In this document: positions 39,712 to 53,879 of the stretch, in pieces
Numbering within the stretch: position 1 is the first letter of the stretch
How the letters are laid out: each line of letters starts with the position of its first letter
NCBI GenBank assembly: GCA_964016885.1
Contig: OZ024741.1
Span: forward strand, 40,858,001-40,922,000
Origin: Eledone cirrhosa
Lineage: Eukaryota
DNA length: 64,000 bases
Direction: 5' to 3'
Made by a program: the position numbers and the translations under genes
Notes under the pieces: generated by a model
What the model was told of the DNA's origin: nothing
Seen by the model: the letters and a program-made list of their open reading frames with translations, nothing else
Databases searched by the model: none

Positions 39712-40690
39712 ATCACCACCACCACCACCAACACACACAACACCCCAAGCACCACCACCACCACCACCACCACCACAACAACAAACCCCCATCTCAGCCA
39801 ACACTCCCACCACCACCACCACCACCACCACAACAACAAACCCCCATCTCAGCTAACACTCCCACCACCACCACCACCACAGCAAACCCCCATCTCAGCC
39901 AACACTCCCACCACCACCACCACAACAAACCCCCATCTCAGCTAACACTCCCACCACCACCACCACAACAAACCCCCATCTCAGCCAACACTCCCACCAC
40001 CACCACCACCACAACAAACCCCCATCTCAGCCAACACTCCCACCACCACCACCACCACCACCACAACAAACCCTCATCTCACCCAACACTCCCACCACCA
40101 CCACCACCACCACAACAACACCCCATCTCAGCCAACACTCCCAGCACCACCACAACAAACCCCCATCTCAGCCAACACTCCCACCACCACCACCACCACC
40201 ACCACCACAACAACAAACCCCCATCTCAGCCAACACCACCACCACCACCACCACAACAACACCACCACCAACACTCCCACCACCACCACCACCACCACCA
40301 CCAACACTCCCACCACCAACACCACCACCACAACAAACCCCCACCACAGCCAACACCACCAACACTCCCACCACCACCACCACCACCACCACCACAACAA
40401 CACCACCACCAACACTCCCACCACCACCACCACCACCACCACCAACACTCCCACCACCAACACCACCACCACAACAAACCCCCACCACAGCCAACACCAC
40501 CAACACTCCCACCACCACCACCACCACCAACACTCCCACCACCACCACCACAACAAACCCCCACCACAGCCAACACCACCACCACCCCAAACACCACCAC
40601 CACCACCACAACAAACCCCCATCTCAGCCAACACTCCCAGCACCACCACCATAACAACAAACCCCCACCACAGCCAACACTCCCAGCCAT
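39712..40690. repeat. (CAC)n-based compound minisatellite
   Basis: Unit ccccatctcagccaacactccc(acc)n acaacaaac repeated with variable triplet number. Confidence 0.95.
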
Positions 40691-40744
40691 CAAGACTATG
40701 ATAGTCACTAAATCTGCAGAGTTATGAGTTGAAGTTATTATTTT

Positions 40745-41130
40745 AGGCAGTATTGGTAGAGCGTCAGTCAATATGCTTTGTAGCATAGAGTTACGGCCAT
40801 TTACATTTTGAGTTCAAATCCCTCTGAGGTTAGATTTGCCTTTGTTCCTTAAGGGGTTCGATAAAATAGAGCACCAGTAATACACTGGGGTCGATTTAAT
40901 CGACTTTCCCTTCCTCCCCAAAAATTCTTGGCCTTTTGCCTAAATTAGAAATCATATTTCTTCTTTCATATTATGAACAGTTGCTTTGCAGCATTGGTAG
41001 AGCATCGGACAACATACTTTGCAGCATAGAGTTATATCCCTTTATGTTCTGAGTTCAAATTTCGCCAAGGTTAGTTTTTCCTCTCATCCTTATGAGGTCA
41101 ATGAAATAAAGTACCAGTAATGTACTGTGG
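40745..41130 (+). mobile_element. Two older SINE copies
   Basis: Diverged family match. Confidence 0.75.
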
Positions 41131-42547
41131 CCGACATTCACGCCAAAATAATTTGGTGGCCATTATTTTTGGTATGTTTTTTTTTATGCGTGCATAGGTT
41201 AGATAAAGCTCAAAGTATATTCAGGTTTCATAGGTGTTAAGTGTCAAAGAGTACAAGATGGGAAGCCAGGGCCCACCACCAGCTGCTGGTGATAATTATT
41301 TTCAGCCGAATGAGCCATAGCAACTTGTAATGAAGTACCTTGCTGAAGGATCCAGTGCATTACCCAGTTTGAAACTTGAACCTGTGACCTTATGACAGTG
41401 AGCCTGACATCCTAACTACTAAGTTACATGTCTAACACAATAACTACCATCAAAACATTCCAAATAACTATTAAATGGTATGGAATATTTGTATCTGATT
41501 AATTGAATTTAGTTGAGTTGAAGGTTAACTCTTTTGTTACCATATTTCTAATGAAATGCAGTAACTATAATTTTAAAATCATTTTGAAAATAATCAAGAA
41601 TTTTGAGTGATTTAATAATATAACTAATTTTCTCATTTTTCAGTTGGTGTTTGGAACATAACAAAGGTTCATACATAAAATTACGATGGAAGGTTTTTAG
41701 ATAAATATAGACACTTTAAAACAAACAGATTTGCATTGTCAAATCAGGAGCAGTTTTGTATCAAAAGGGTCAAGCAGATAGAGTAGCTTATTTAATTGCT
41801 CTTCCAAATTTTAGAACATTTTCTAAATTATTTGAAAATCACAATAGTGTCTTTCATTAGAAATATTGCAGTGAAATGGGTAAGCTGCAGCAACAACGCA
41901 GCAAGAGTTTTAAGGCCAACTTCTCTGCTATAGCAGGAGCTAACCGCGTGATTCCCTTGTCAAGTTTTATACACATCAGGAGTTCTTTTCAAGGTAATGT
42001 TTTACAGCCAAATACCCTTCCTGGTGCTAACACCTTTTGTTTCCCCTTACACAGGAATAGAATGTTTTAATGTATTTACATTTATCTAAAAACCTTCCAC
42101 CATAGTGTTATGTATGAAATTTTAAAGTTATGTGCCAAACAGCAAGTTAAAAGTGAGAAAGTTGTATTACTAAATCTCACCAAATTCCTTATTTTAAGAA
42201 TTATTTGAAATCCAGACCATATCTTTCATTTCAAATATTGTAATGAAAGAGTTAAGCATTATTCCTAAATGTTTTTACCACTCAGCTATCTAAAACTATA
42301 CATTTTCTATATGAAGTATATTTTTTTGTAAGTAATACTGAGGTGTTAGTTACAAGATTAAATTTTAAGCAAACACTAGAAGTCCAAATTTTTTTCTGCT
42401 CTCACCAAATTATATTGGCAAAACAGAATATTCTTCAAACACAATCACTCTTTGATTCATGATCAATAGATTTCAAATATTTTCCTCCATGTTTTATACA
42501 GGAATGCAGCAGATCAAACTAATAAATAAATAAAAACAAACAAACAA

Positions 42548-43310
42548 CAGACACATACACTCATAAACACACACACACTGACACATAGAGACACATACAC
42601 TAACACATATAGACACATACACTCATAAACACACTCACACATCCTGATATATACAGAGACACATACACTCAAACACACACACATCCAGACACAGAGACAC
42701 ACATACACACACACCCTGACACATAGAGACACATACACACACACACACACCCTGACACATACACTCATAAACACATACACATCCAGACACATACACGCAT
42801 AAATACACACACATCCAGATACATAGAGACACATACACTCATAAATACACACACATCCAGAAACATAGAGACACATACACTCATAAACACACACACACCC
42901 TGACACATAGACACACATACACTCATAAACACACACACACCCTGACACACATACACACATAAACACACACACATCCAGACACAGAGACACATACACTCAT
43001 AAACACACACACACACCCTGACACATAGAGTCACACACTCATAAACACACACACATCCAGACACAGAGATACATACACTCATAAACACACACACACCCTA
43101 ACACATAGAGACACACACACCCTGACACATAGAGACACACACACTCATAAACACACACACACATCCAGACAAATAGACACATATACTCATAAACACACAC
43201 ACACCCTGACAAATAGACACATATACTCATAAACACACACACATCCAGACACACAGAGACACATACAGAGATACATACACTCATAAACACACACATATCC
43301 AGACACATGC
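42548..43310. repeat. ~40-bp CA-derived minisatellite
   Basis: acacatacactcataaacacacacacatccagacacagag-like units. Confidence 0.92.
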
Positions 43311-45629
43311 CTAGTCACATAAATGCACATTCAAATAGACAGTAGTAGAAATGCGCAGGCACTTGCAGATATATACAAAACACACACACACACACACACA
43401 CACACAATGACATATATCCAAAACACTCATATGAAATTCTGATCAAAGTGAACCAGCATTTTTACATTCTTTCATATCTGTTTTAAACTGAGTGTTTGAT
43501 GTTTGAATATTTCAATGTCCTTTTTCAGACATTGAAATCACTTGTTCTGAGACAAATACTCATTCAATATTCTGCTAAACCAACCAACCTTTATATCAAA
43601 GAGACTGGGAACTTATTATTAGTTTGTTCGAATGGTATAACATGCTGGGGGGGGGGGGGGGGGGGGGGGGTCACTGACCATGTTCAGGTAGATGACCATG
43701 CTGAGATTGATTTAAAGGGTTTAAGTATATCCCAAATAAAACACATCATGTGATACTTAAATGACAACAACAACACAAAATACATTTTCTGGCCAATTTC
43801 CTTGCTAATGCAAGATAGGTGAGAAGCTGGTTTCATTGGAGTGGAAACATCTTGGGACTGATGAGTTTGTTAGGATTTGGTGACTAAGAATTTGGAGAAT
43901 TCTAGTAGAATAACTACATTTGCCATTATTAAGCTGGTGTATGTAACATATATAGGTGGTGAATTAATAGAGTCATTAGAACGTTGGATAGAATGCTTTA
44001 TGGTATCCATTCTAGCTCTCTGCTCTCTGAGTTCAAATCCCACCCAGGTTAACTTTGCCTTTCATCCTTTCGAGGTCGATAAAAAAAGTACCAGTCTAGT
44101 ACTGGGGTAGATTCTTCCTCTATATCTCTTTCTCATTTCCTCTTTCTTGAAGAAATCTGCTGTACTCAGGCCTGGAGAGAGCTGGGCTCCGCCAGTCTTA
44201 AAAAAAAGCCCAAGAAACACAGTGTATCATTACGGTGTCCCTACGACTCTATCAGAAGTTACAGGACCATACAAACATAAATACATACATGTAACACATC
44301 TTAAGAAAAAGTTCTCATATAACATAATGGGGTAAGGTTGTAATTTAAATACGAACACATTAAAATAAATAGTTTTGTATCAGAACTAGAGGTGCATTTT
44401 TTAATGGGGCATTGATAAATATTAGTTTTGTAATGGGTTGGTCACTGATGGATTTGTCCATTTGTAGTGATAGAGATGTTGTTCAAGTAATGGCAAGTAA
44501 ATGAAGTATGTTTCAGTAAGTCGAGAGAAGTTTTGTTATGTATGCTTGTTGTGGTGTGAAGTGATATTACCACCAGGAAGATGATTTTCCCAAATTACAT
44601 GGATAAGAATTAACAAATGAACATTATACCGCTAATTTTAATGTCTTTATTTGTAACATGATTTACTTCAAAATCATGTACTGTAATGAACAATGGGAAA
44701 ATATGCACATGTTGATGTAGTATGCTATGTGTGCAAATGTAGAATTCCAAAGCAGTTAATTTTTCGAACCTGTGCATTGATGATGAAGGTAGCTAGTTTC
44801 AATCCCAGCGGGACTGGCTAGCTTGTATGTGTCTTTGTGTGTGGCTACATTGCAAGCTGTTTGTCTGTTTCAGATTCAAAAAGCAGACTATTTTTGGGGG
44901 TAAAAAAGAGGGAGTCGAAATCTCTTGTTTATATAAGGAATAGGTTGCCCAGAAACATTAAGCAGATGGCCTTTAAAACTGTCCTCTTTTCAGATAATCT
45001 GGCACATGAGCCTCCTAAAAGAGAACATTATCTAAGCTTGTGACTCTGAGGTAACAAGTCAGTCTTTTGGTGGTGGTGGTGTGTGGTAGACTAACAAAAC
45101 AATTGTGGAGAAAATATGTTACGGTTTTGCTACAGTTTCATGTGGGTTTGTGTTGAAAGGTTTAAGTATATCCCAACTTAGAAGCACCATGGGGCACTTA
45201 AGCAACAACAACAACACAAGATGTATTTTCTGGACAATTTCCTTGCCAAAGTGAGAAGCCCTGTTTCCTTGAGGAGGATACTTATTTGTGGTGAAGGAAG
45301 ACTTAGATTCAAACTGAACTTTGCAAATGTAGATCTTTAGTTTCACAAGACAGACCAAGGCCCTGGATATATATAACTTAGTCTAATATATTCGGAAATA
45401 CATGATTACTAAATGCTTTTATAATTATATGATATAAAATAAAATAAAACATTACATTGCATGATCATAATCACAACACATATTTGAAGGCCATTTCTCT
45501 GCTAAAGCAGGGGCTACCTTTGTGGGTTCCATCATGAGTTCCTTTTTGAAGTAATGCTTTACAGCCAGATGTCCTGTTGTCAATCATTTTAGTCACCTTT
45601 TAAGACATACATAGATATCATTACCATAT

Positions 45630-46060
45630 TCATCATTATCATTTAACGTCTATTTTTCAACGCTAGCATGAGTTAAACAAGTTGTCTTGTTGTAGGCAAT
45701 ACCAGATAAGGTGTCTATGTCTTGATCATACAGAACTGATTTTGGCTTGGTTTCTACAGCTGGATGCCCTCCCTAACGCCAACCTCATTTAAAGTGAGTA
45801 CTGGGTGCTTTTTGTTGTGACGCCAACATGACCACTTTACAGTGTGGGCTGGGTGCTTTTTGCCATGTCACCATCATGACCACTTTACAGTGTGAGCTGG
45901 GCGCTTTTTGTCGCATCACCACCACAACCACTTTACAGTGTGGGCTGGAGGCTTCACTGGATGTATACTTCAGCCTGTCCTCATGGTAGATGTATGGGAG
46001 GGTGGTGTGGGGAGGTGCATACTGTGTATATGCTTCAGCTTCGGCCTGTGTCCATGGGAA
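45630..46060 (-). mobile_element. RTE 3'UTR-like repeat with ~3 copies of the 48-bp unit
   Basis: accactttacagtgtgggctggg units; matches 31815-32138. Confidence 0.8.
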
Positions 46061-46845
46061 ATTGGGTCTTCTGAATGATGTACCTATTTTAAACTCAATT
46101 ACACACAGCACTGTCATTATAAGTTAGATTAACCTTTTCAGTGCTGTAGATGACATAACTCGTCCTAACATGTTTGAACTCATTTCCAAAAGTTCATAGC
46201 TTCAAAGCTAGATGAGATTACTAGTTTATTGATGTGACATTTGTCAATCAAAATAGTCATTTTACTGAAAAATTCCTGGCAGAGCAACTGTAGCTGTGTA
46301 AAATATACGCGGCAGTCAACAGGTTAAGTCAATGCACTTAATTCCTTCCAGAGAATTTAGTAGTTTGGGTACTAAATGGTGTGGGACTACTTGTGTGTAA
46401 GTGTGCAGATTAGTTTCCTGAATCATATATAACTCCAAAACACAAGCTGACATCCATGCTGCTAAAGATTTATTTATATTCAACAAGATTTCTTTTATTT
46501 TACTACAAAGCAATACAAAACTAAAAGAGTTAAAAGGTGACATTTCAAATGGTTGAAAGAAAGAACAAAATAAAAAATGAAAGAAATAGGAGCTAAATAA
46601 ATTTAAAAAATATATTATATGAGTCAATAGTTGAAAGAAGCAGTAAATATAAGGAAATATATGAGTGAATAATTGATAGAACTAGCTAAATAAAACACAC
46701 ACATATATATATATATATTCATATATATTCATATACAAAGATATATATGTACATACATTTATATATAAATATACATGTCTATATATATACACACACACAC
46801 ACATATATATATATATACATATATATAAATACAAATATATACATG

Positions 46846-47170
46846 GTGGCTGCCAACTCGTTTTCGAGTACGGCCACTACTTTATATCCATGTAGGAGAA
46901 CCCCTACGGATGCGCTGAACAAGTGTGACTTTTTAGTCCAGCCAGCGACTTGAAAACTCTGGTACAAACACTACACTTGTGACAATTATTGACACATAGT
47001 GCTGGGCCCATGGTACCATGTGACGACAAGTGCAGAGAGATCTCCAGATATAAAGCAATGCCTGTGCTGTGAAGCTTTTATAGTGAGCAAAGGCACTGCA
47101 CAAAGCCAGTCCCACTCTCTTAACCAAGATGATATTTACCAAAAAGAAGAACAAGTCAACATCATTGGAT
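46846..47170 (-). mobile_element. 3' end of an RTE-like LINE with C-terminal C2H2 zinc finger
   Basis: Minus strand reads ...HKCSVCTRVFKSLAGLKSHTCSAHP* (C-x2-C-x12-H-x4-H), followed by a short UTR shared with the 5112 element. Confidence 0.65.
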
Positions 47171-48589
47171 ACCATATACATACAAACATACATACATACA
47201 AATACATACTTACAAACATACATACATACATATACAAATATATACATACAAACATACATACATACAAATATATATATATATATATGCTAGCATGGAAGAC
47301 GGACGTCAAACGAAGATGATGATGATGATGATATATATATATATATATATAAAATACCTACGATATGAAAGAATTAGCAGTAAAAAACAGAAGAAATCTA
47401 GATATGACCATAAAACAAATCTTGAAAAAGTGATGACAATATTTCAATATAGAAATTACTTTTTTTGTTTAATTATTTCTTTAATGGAGAAATGTTTGAC
47501 ATTTCGCATGGAAAATTGAAAGAAATGGAACTAAGCTTTAACAATGAGTGTTTCAGTTATTCCATCAATGGAAACAGCCTGCTTGCTTGCAAAATCAATG
47601 TGCAAGTGTCTGAGCATTTCTCAAACATGGTAGTGTATAAGCATAAGTGTAACTGTGTTGTTAAGCAATTCACTTTGGAACTATGTGGTTTTGTGTTCAG
47701 TACATAATGGATGAGTGACTTTAGTAGACAGAAACTCTATAGAATTCAAAATCACTTAACATCATTGAAACTGAGATAAGTTCTGGATTTTTTGCAATCT
47801 ATGCAAAGGATGCACAAAGAGGTGTAAAATGGTAACTAACTTTTAACATTTGAAATTTTATTGGCTTATGGGAATAGGTGGTGTGTTAGTTAGAAATAAA
47901 ATTAGTTTATTTCTATTTCTATTTTGTGCTCCAGCTGACAGGCTTGAGCCATCCTGGGGCAGTGCCATTTTTATCTTGAATGAGTTATCAATTAGAAAGC
48001 TGTGGCCAATCTTCAATATTGAATGAAGGAAAATATTTCAATTGGTTTTTTCCCATTGCTGGTACTACCTGATGTCAGGACAAAACATATCCAGTCCAGT
48101 ACACTCTGTAAAATTTTTATCTAATCTTTTTTAGCATATTGAGCATGACCTGTTGGAATCTGAGTCCTAGCCTCTTTTCTACTTTCTAAACCTTTAGACT
48201 TTACTAGATTTATGTTGAGAACCTTTGATTCCAGGTTTTGTTCCATGTCTGGAATTAGTGGACAGTTCCCTGCAAACAAACTGACCTCTCAAAGACAATT
48301 GCCTCGTATCTAACATAGTATATCAGTGGACCTAATGGTACTAAAGCTTACATCAGTGCTGATTATCACCCGCTTACCAGGTAATTGAGACATGCGTTCC
48401 CCAAATCTAATATTTGTTTTCTGAAGAAATTTGTGATATGTGATTGCAATATTTGTTGATTTAATTAATTAATTAGTTAATCTGCAAATTGTTATTCATG
48501 TTTGCAATTACATTTCGCTAAATTGAAACGGATGTAGAAATTAATAAATTATTTGAATCGTAGTTTTTAGTTTTTATCTAAATTAAATT

Positions 48590-49760
48590 AGGTGAGAGCA
48601 GTGCAAACCATGTACAGAGGAGCTGTCAGCAAAATGAGGAAGTGAGTTTAATGAGAAATTCAAGGTACAGGTAGGAGTTCCTCAGGGTTTGCTTCTTAGC
48701 CCACTACTATTCATTATAGTTCTCCAGGCTATAACAGAGGAGTTTAAGACCAGCAGCCGATGGGATCTTCTCTATGCAGAAGATCTGGTCCTTATAGCTG
48801 AATCCATTAAAGAACTAGAAAATAAGTTCTGAGTATGGAAACAGAATTTGGAATCAAAAGATCTGAGAGAAAACTTAGTGCTAAAGTGCTAGTGAATAGA
48901 AGAGAAGATAGGACCCCGATTCCTTCAGGGAAGTAGTCCTACTCAATATGTAAAAAGGGCATAGGTATAAACTCCATACAATGAACACAATGTAAATCTT
49001 AGGCACACAAGAGATGTAGTGGGATAATGGGTTGACTAACAGGAAGGGAAGACTTTGTATGTAGAAGATGCACAAGAATAATAGAGGGGAAGATAACCAG
49101 TGATGTAAACCTATTCCACTAAAAAAAAAGGACCCTTAGAAGTGGATGATAGCTTCTGCTATCTAGGTAACTTAATTAGTAATGGAGGAGGGTGTTCAGA
49201 GAGCATAATATCTAGAATAAAGATAGGATGGAAAAAGTTTAGAGGGCTATACCCAATGTTAACCATAAAAGATTTCTCCCTACCTAGAAAAGGACGACTG
49301 TATGACACCTGTTTGTGAAATGCAATGCTGAATGGTAGTGAAACATGGTCTTTGACTGCAGAAGACATGTGTTGACTGGAGAGAAATGAAGCCACCATTC
49401 TTCATCGGATATGCAATGTAAGTGTGAGATAAAGGCAGAGCTTGGATGAGTTGAGGGAGAAGCTGTGTTTAAGAGAAATCCAAGGTGGTGTGCAAAAGAG
49501 AAGACTATGTTGGTATGGTCATGTGATGTGCATGGATCATGATCACTAGGTGAAGGAGTGCCAAGAAATCCCAGTGGAAGGAAGCTACAGTAGTAGACCA
49601 AGAAAGACCTGGGCAGAGGTTGTGAGAGCTAAGCTCAAATTGCTGAGACTCACAGAGGAGATGACAAAGGAACGTAACGAATAGAGAAATGCCATGGTGA
49701 GAAGGACCTGTCCAACCCAAGCAAGCGTGGAAAAACAGATGTAAAAACAACGATGGTGAT
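48590..49760 (+). mobile_element. Decayed RTE LINE 3' portion
   Basis: VQVGVPQGLLLSPLLFIIVLQAITEEFKT...LLYAEDLVLIAES; RRLCWYGHVM; tail gcaagcgtggaaaaacagatgtaaa. Confidence 0.9.
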
Positions 49761-51486
49761 GGGCAAGTGAGGTGTATCAGGGGTCTGTGTTTTTGGGGGG
49801 TAGGGGAGTGACACACACAAGAAACTGGTTTGATATAGAAAAGGTGTGAGGGATATACAACTGGTGAGGATGGTATTAAGACTGAGGAAAAATAATGTTC
49901 AAAGTTCTCAGCTTTCAAATCACAGTGAATATGATAGTAACATTTAGGTCAGCACAAGCTCTCTCATCCATCGCAAACGTTTCTAGCTTTTCAAAATGAG
50001 AGCTCAAGGTTAATATTCTTGATATGTTTATGAGAAAGCTGTAACATGTTTGTAGACTCAACAACTTCACTAGATAAACCCCCTTTTCAATCAGTATCTG
50101 TTATAATAAGTTTGTGCCATTTCTTCAATAAGTTAGGTCAGTGGCCTTTTATTGATGATTAATGGCATTCTAAAATTTCAAATTTGTAAAGATCAACTAA
50201 TTAACTGCTATTATGGGCTACAGAGATCTTTAGTGATTTACTTCCCATTTTAGTTTTGTCTTTTTAAATGTATTCCAGACATATTTCATTATAATTAAGC
50301 AGATAACAATTTCTTAAAAGTTAGCAGAAAGTTTGTATTATGAGAGTACTTATTGATATTTCAGTACATTGAAAGGTAAAGCTGATTCATGGCAACATTT
50401 CAATTTACAACTGGGATGATGATGATCATCATGATCACGATCATCAACATCATCATCATCATCATCAAGAATGACACTAAAAGTAAATGTGGTGAAATAT
50501 CAGAGACTCCATAGAATAGAGAAGTCCCCTTTCGCTTTGTAATGTTCAAATCACCCTCTCTAGTGTTGGTGTCATGATCAAATGAACCCAGTACACTGTA
50601 TTTGTGTTAACAAATGAACTAAGACAACCTATGGTATAGCAGACCCTTTGGTTGAGCCAAGGATTTGACAAACACTGTAAAGTGCTTGGTAATCTACAAG
50701 AAACAATAAAGTGTAGAGAAGGCTCTTCATGCTTGTCAAGGATACAACACCCCCTTAGTGCCAGTGCCAACATAAAATACACCAACTCAAAATACCCAGT
50801 AAAGTGGATGGAATTAAGAAGGGCACTTAGCCACAGAAACCATGCTAGCTAGGAAAGTAGAAATAACATAACAATAATGATGATGATGATGATGATGTCT
50901 ACCTTTTGGCATGGGTTAAATGAGATTTGAGGAAGTTCTTTTAATGCCAGATATCCTCTCTGATGGCAACCCATTGTTATATTTTGAGATATGGTATATA
51001 CCATTCATAGTTTTTGCACTGTTTTCTTTTTTATGACCTCTGAGGCAGGTGTGTGAAATGTGAAGAAAATAAGCTCTCAAACCAGAGATCTGGTCTTAAT
51101 GCTAACATCAAAGTGGAATCTACTTAAGGCCTTCACGAACTAGGTACAGGTGTTAAATGAAACAACAGATTAAGTCTATCTACCAATTTACCAGGGCAGG
51201 ATTTGAACTCAGAATGCAAAGAAATAGAATAGTTACTGCATAGTATCTCATCCAGTTGTCTAACAGTTCTGCCAATTCACTAGCCTGGACAAAGGATTTG
51301 AAGTTGGTGGAACCAATACTGCAAGATTATTATTCTGATTTCAAATCTTGTCACTGGAAATGTGCTAATGCTTCTGCCAAGAGATACAACTGATATACTG
51401 TATCAGCAATGGAAAGACCAATGGAAACAATGTTGGTCTGATCTGAGTACTGGCTTCAGTCCTTCTTTCTAATCTTCCAATTGATA

Positions 51487-52193
51487 CTCTTGGTTCTCGA
51501 ATGATGCTCCCCACACATGCTTATTAATTTTTCAGAATTTTTCCAACTCCCCTCCCAGCTCTTATTCCAACCCACCCTCTTATTAAATTTTGCTAATCTA
51601 TCTCTGGCAACATTTTTCTTTATACATTAAAAAATATTATACATGACCAAAAAAGTACATTATTAGAACAACTAATTCTGGGTTTTTTAAAAAATCAACA
51701 GAAACAACCTAGAAAAATTACCAATTTTCTAACCCCCTCCTGCTTATTCCACCCCTCCCCAAGCTTATTCCAACTCTCCCCTGCTTATTCCAAACCGTCT
51801 CCCACTTCTTCCAACTCCCTCACCTATTCTAACCACCTCTCTTATTCCACCCCTCCCCCAGCTTATTCCACCCCCTGCTTCTTCAAACTCCCCCCACTTA
51901 TTCCAACCCCCTCCTGCTTATCCCCCCCCCCCTCGCTTATTCCACCCCTCCTCCTGCTTATTCCAACCCCTCTCCCGTTTCTTCCAAATCCCTCACCTAT
52001 TCTAACCCCCTCGCTTATTTCATCCCTCTCCCTGCTTATTCCATCACTCCTCCTGCTTATTCCATCCCTCTCCCTGCTTATTCCATCACTCCTCCTGCTT
52101 ATTCCATCCCTCTCCCTGCTTATTCCATCCCTCCCCCGCTTATTTTCCAACCCCCTCACTTATCTCTCTTCCCTATTATTTAGGAATGGAGGA
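51487..52193. mobile_element. pogo/Tigger-like MITE with internal ~21-bp tandem array
   Basis: Ends resemble 9629-9930; many copies of cttattccatccctctccctg-like units in 51730-52160. Confidence 0.6.
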
Positions 52194-52409
52194 TAGAGGT
52201 TTATTGTACTTAGTTAAAATAACTGATACTACCAGAATATGTGAAATAACAAGAGTTTAGAAGATTTAAATTTATTAAGTTATAAAAGTTAGAAGCAAAC
52301 AGATTGTTAATGACTGCATTCATGTCAATGTGGATGAGGAGAAGTGCATTGATGAAGAGTGAGTAAAGACAAGCACGGAATACATTGAAGGATTAAAACT
52401 ACGAGAAGA

Positions 52410-52850
52410 TGTGTGTATGTATGTGTGTGCATGTGTGTGTGTAAGAGAAGTTATGTGTATGTGAATGTGTGAGAGAGAAGTTATATGTATGTGAATGCGT
52501 GTAAGAGAAGATTTGCGTATGTAAATATGTGTGTGTGAGAGAGAAGTTATGTGTATGTGAATGTGTGTGTGTAAGAGAGAAGTTATATGTATGTGAATAT
52601 GTGTGTGTGTGTGAGGGGAGTTATGTGAATGTGTGTGTGAGAGAGAAGTTATGTGAATGTATGTGTGTGTGTGTGCGTGCGTGTGTGTGATGATTTGTGT
52701 GTGTGTGTGTGTGAGTAAATAGTTGTGTATGTGAATGTGTGTGTTTGTGTGAGAAAATTTGTGCATGTATATGTGAATGTGTGTTTGCGTCCATGTGTGA
52801 ATATGTGTATGTAAGATTTGTGTATGTGAGAAGCTGTGTGTATATGTGTG
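52410..52850. repeat. GT-derived minisatellite
   Basis: gagagaagttatgtgtatgtgaatgtgtgtgt-like units. Confidence 0.85.
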
Positions 52851-53496
52851 ATGATGATGAGTGTATATGAAAAGCTTGTGTGTGTCTATTTGATAAGATT
52901 GAAGCAGTATGACCATGTTAATGAAATTTGTAGCGAGATGATATGATTTAGAAGACATGGAATTAAAATAGAGAATAACTAAACATGCAGAATGTGATCT
53001 TGAATGTGTTTTGAAACAGAATTAAATGGAAACGATATTAATAGTTAAGCATGAGAACATGATAAAATAAAACAAATAAGATTAAATGAAATGATTATGA
53101 GTATATTCATGCATGCTGTATGTATCTGGTTTAGAATAGGTGCATTGTATCTGGCCACAAAGCACTGCCTAAGAATAGAGCCCCATAAGGAATATGTAGT
53201 CTGTCATGGGATTCACATTAGTTCAAGAGCCAGATGTTCAGTAGATCAACCAACTGAATTCTCAAAGACAAAACGGGATATAGTCAAGGATAATTGAGGA
53301 TTGAAGCATTTTTATAAAGAATGTTATTATCAAGAAATGATAGGCTTTTGATATTGACATCACCATCATCATCATCATCATCTGTGTTATGGTCTCATTC
53401 TTTCTCTTATACACATATATACACCAGGTCCGAATGCAAAAGGACCAAATTCCCACTGTCAATGTCTCCATCTCTCCTACTCTTTCTATCTTGCAC

Positions 53497-53703
53497 TCAC
53501 CCCCGTGCCTCAGCTAACAGAATAGAGAAGCCATTTCTCTGGAGGATGGTGAGGGAGATGCGCTGGAAGAGCCATTCCAGCTTGTGAGGCTCACACCTGC
53601 GGGTAACCAACTCTATGTCAGTAGTGGTATGCAGGGCAGTGGCCCTAGGGCGAAGGACACCAGAAGTCTCCACTGCCAGAACTGATGGGGAAGTCATTAA
53701 TAT
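53497..53703 (-). pseudogene. Fragment of restriction-like-endonuclease (CRE-like) non-LTR retrotransposon C-terminus
   Basis: LAVETSGVL...LEWLFQRISLTILQRNGFSIL resembles the 'PLAVETSG...LFQRISVAIQRGNA' end of CRE-type elements (recognised from memory). Confidence 0.6.
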
Positions 53704-53752
53704 CACTTGAAAAACAAAGAAACAAAAGAAACCCCAATCAAGCCAAACTGAC

Positions 53753-53879
53753 CTTTACTGTTCCTGCAGGTGCATATCCATTGAAAGGTGCATACTCCAC
53801 ATGTTCATTAGACCAATTGAAGTGTGACTGGAAATATGTGATGTTGCCATCTTGGATAAAAACCTGATTTGGTTCAGCC
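53753..53879 (-). CDS. Exon A (most 5' found) of a glutamate carboxypeptidase II / NAALADase-like (M28B) gene
   Basis: ttttctag|G...GTAAAG|gtcagt; 127 nt (phase 2 to 0). Translates AEPNQVFIQDGNITYFQSHFNWSNEHVEYAPFNGYAPAGTVK, resembling GCPII 'HPNYISI..DGNEIF...PPFSAFSPQG'. Joins exon B in frame. Confidence 0.85.

Noticed and set aside
39631-40786. Gly/Val/Trp- or Thr/Pro-rich ORFs resembling structural proteins
   Set aside because: Several frames are open because of the (CAC)n minisatellite; no splice context.
43700-45280. ~130-bp diverged direct repeat (43714-43845 vs 45156-45275) and poly-G run at 43646-43670
   Set aside because: Looks like two old copies of an unclassified repeat; no termini, ORF or structure to support more.
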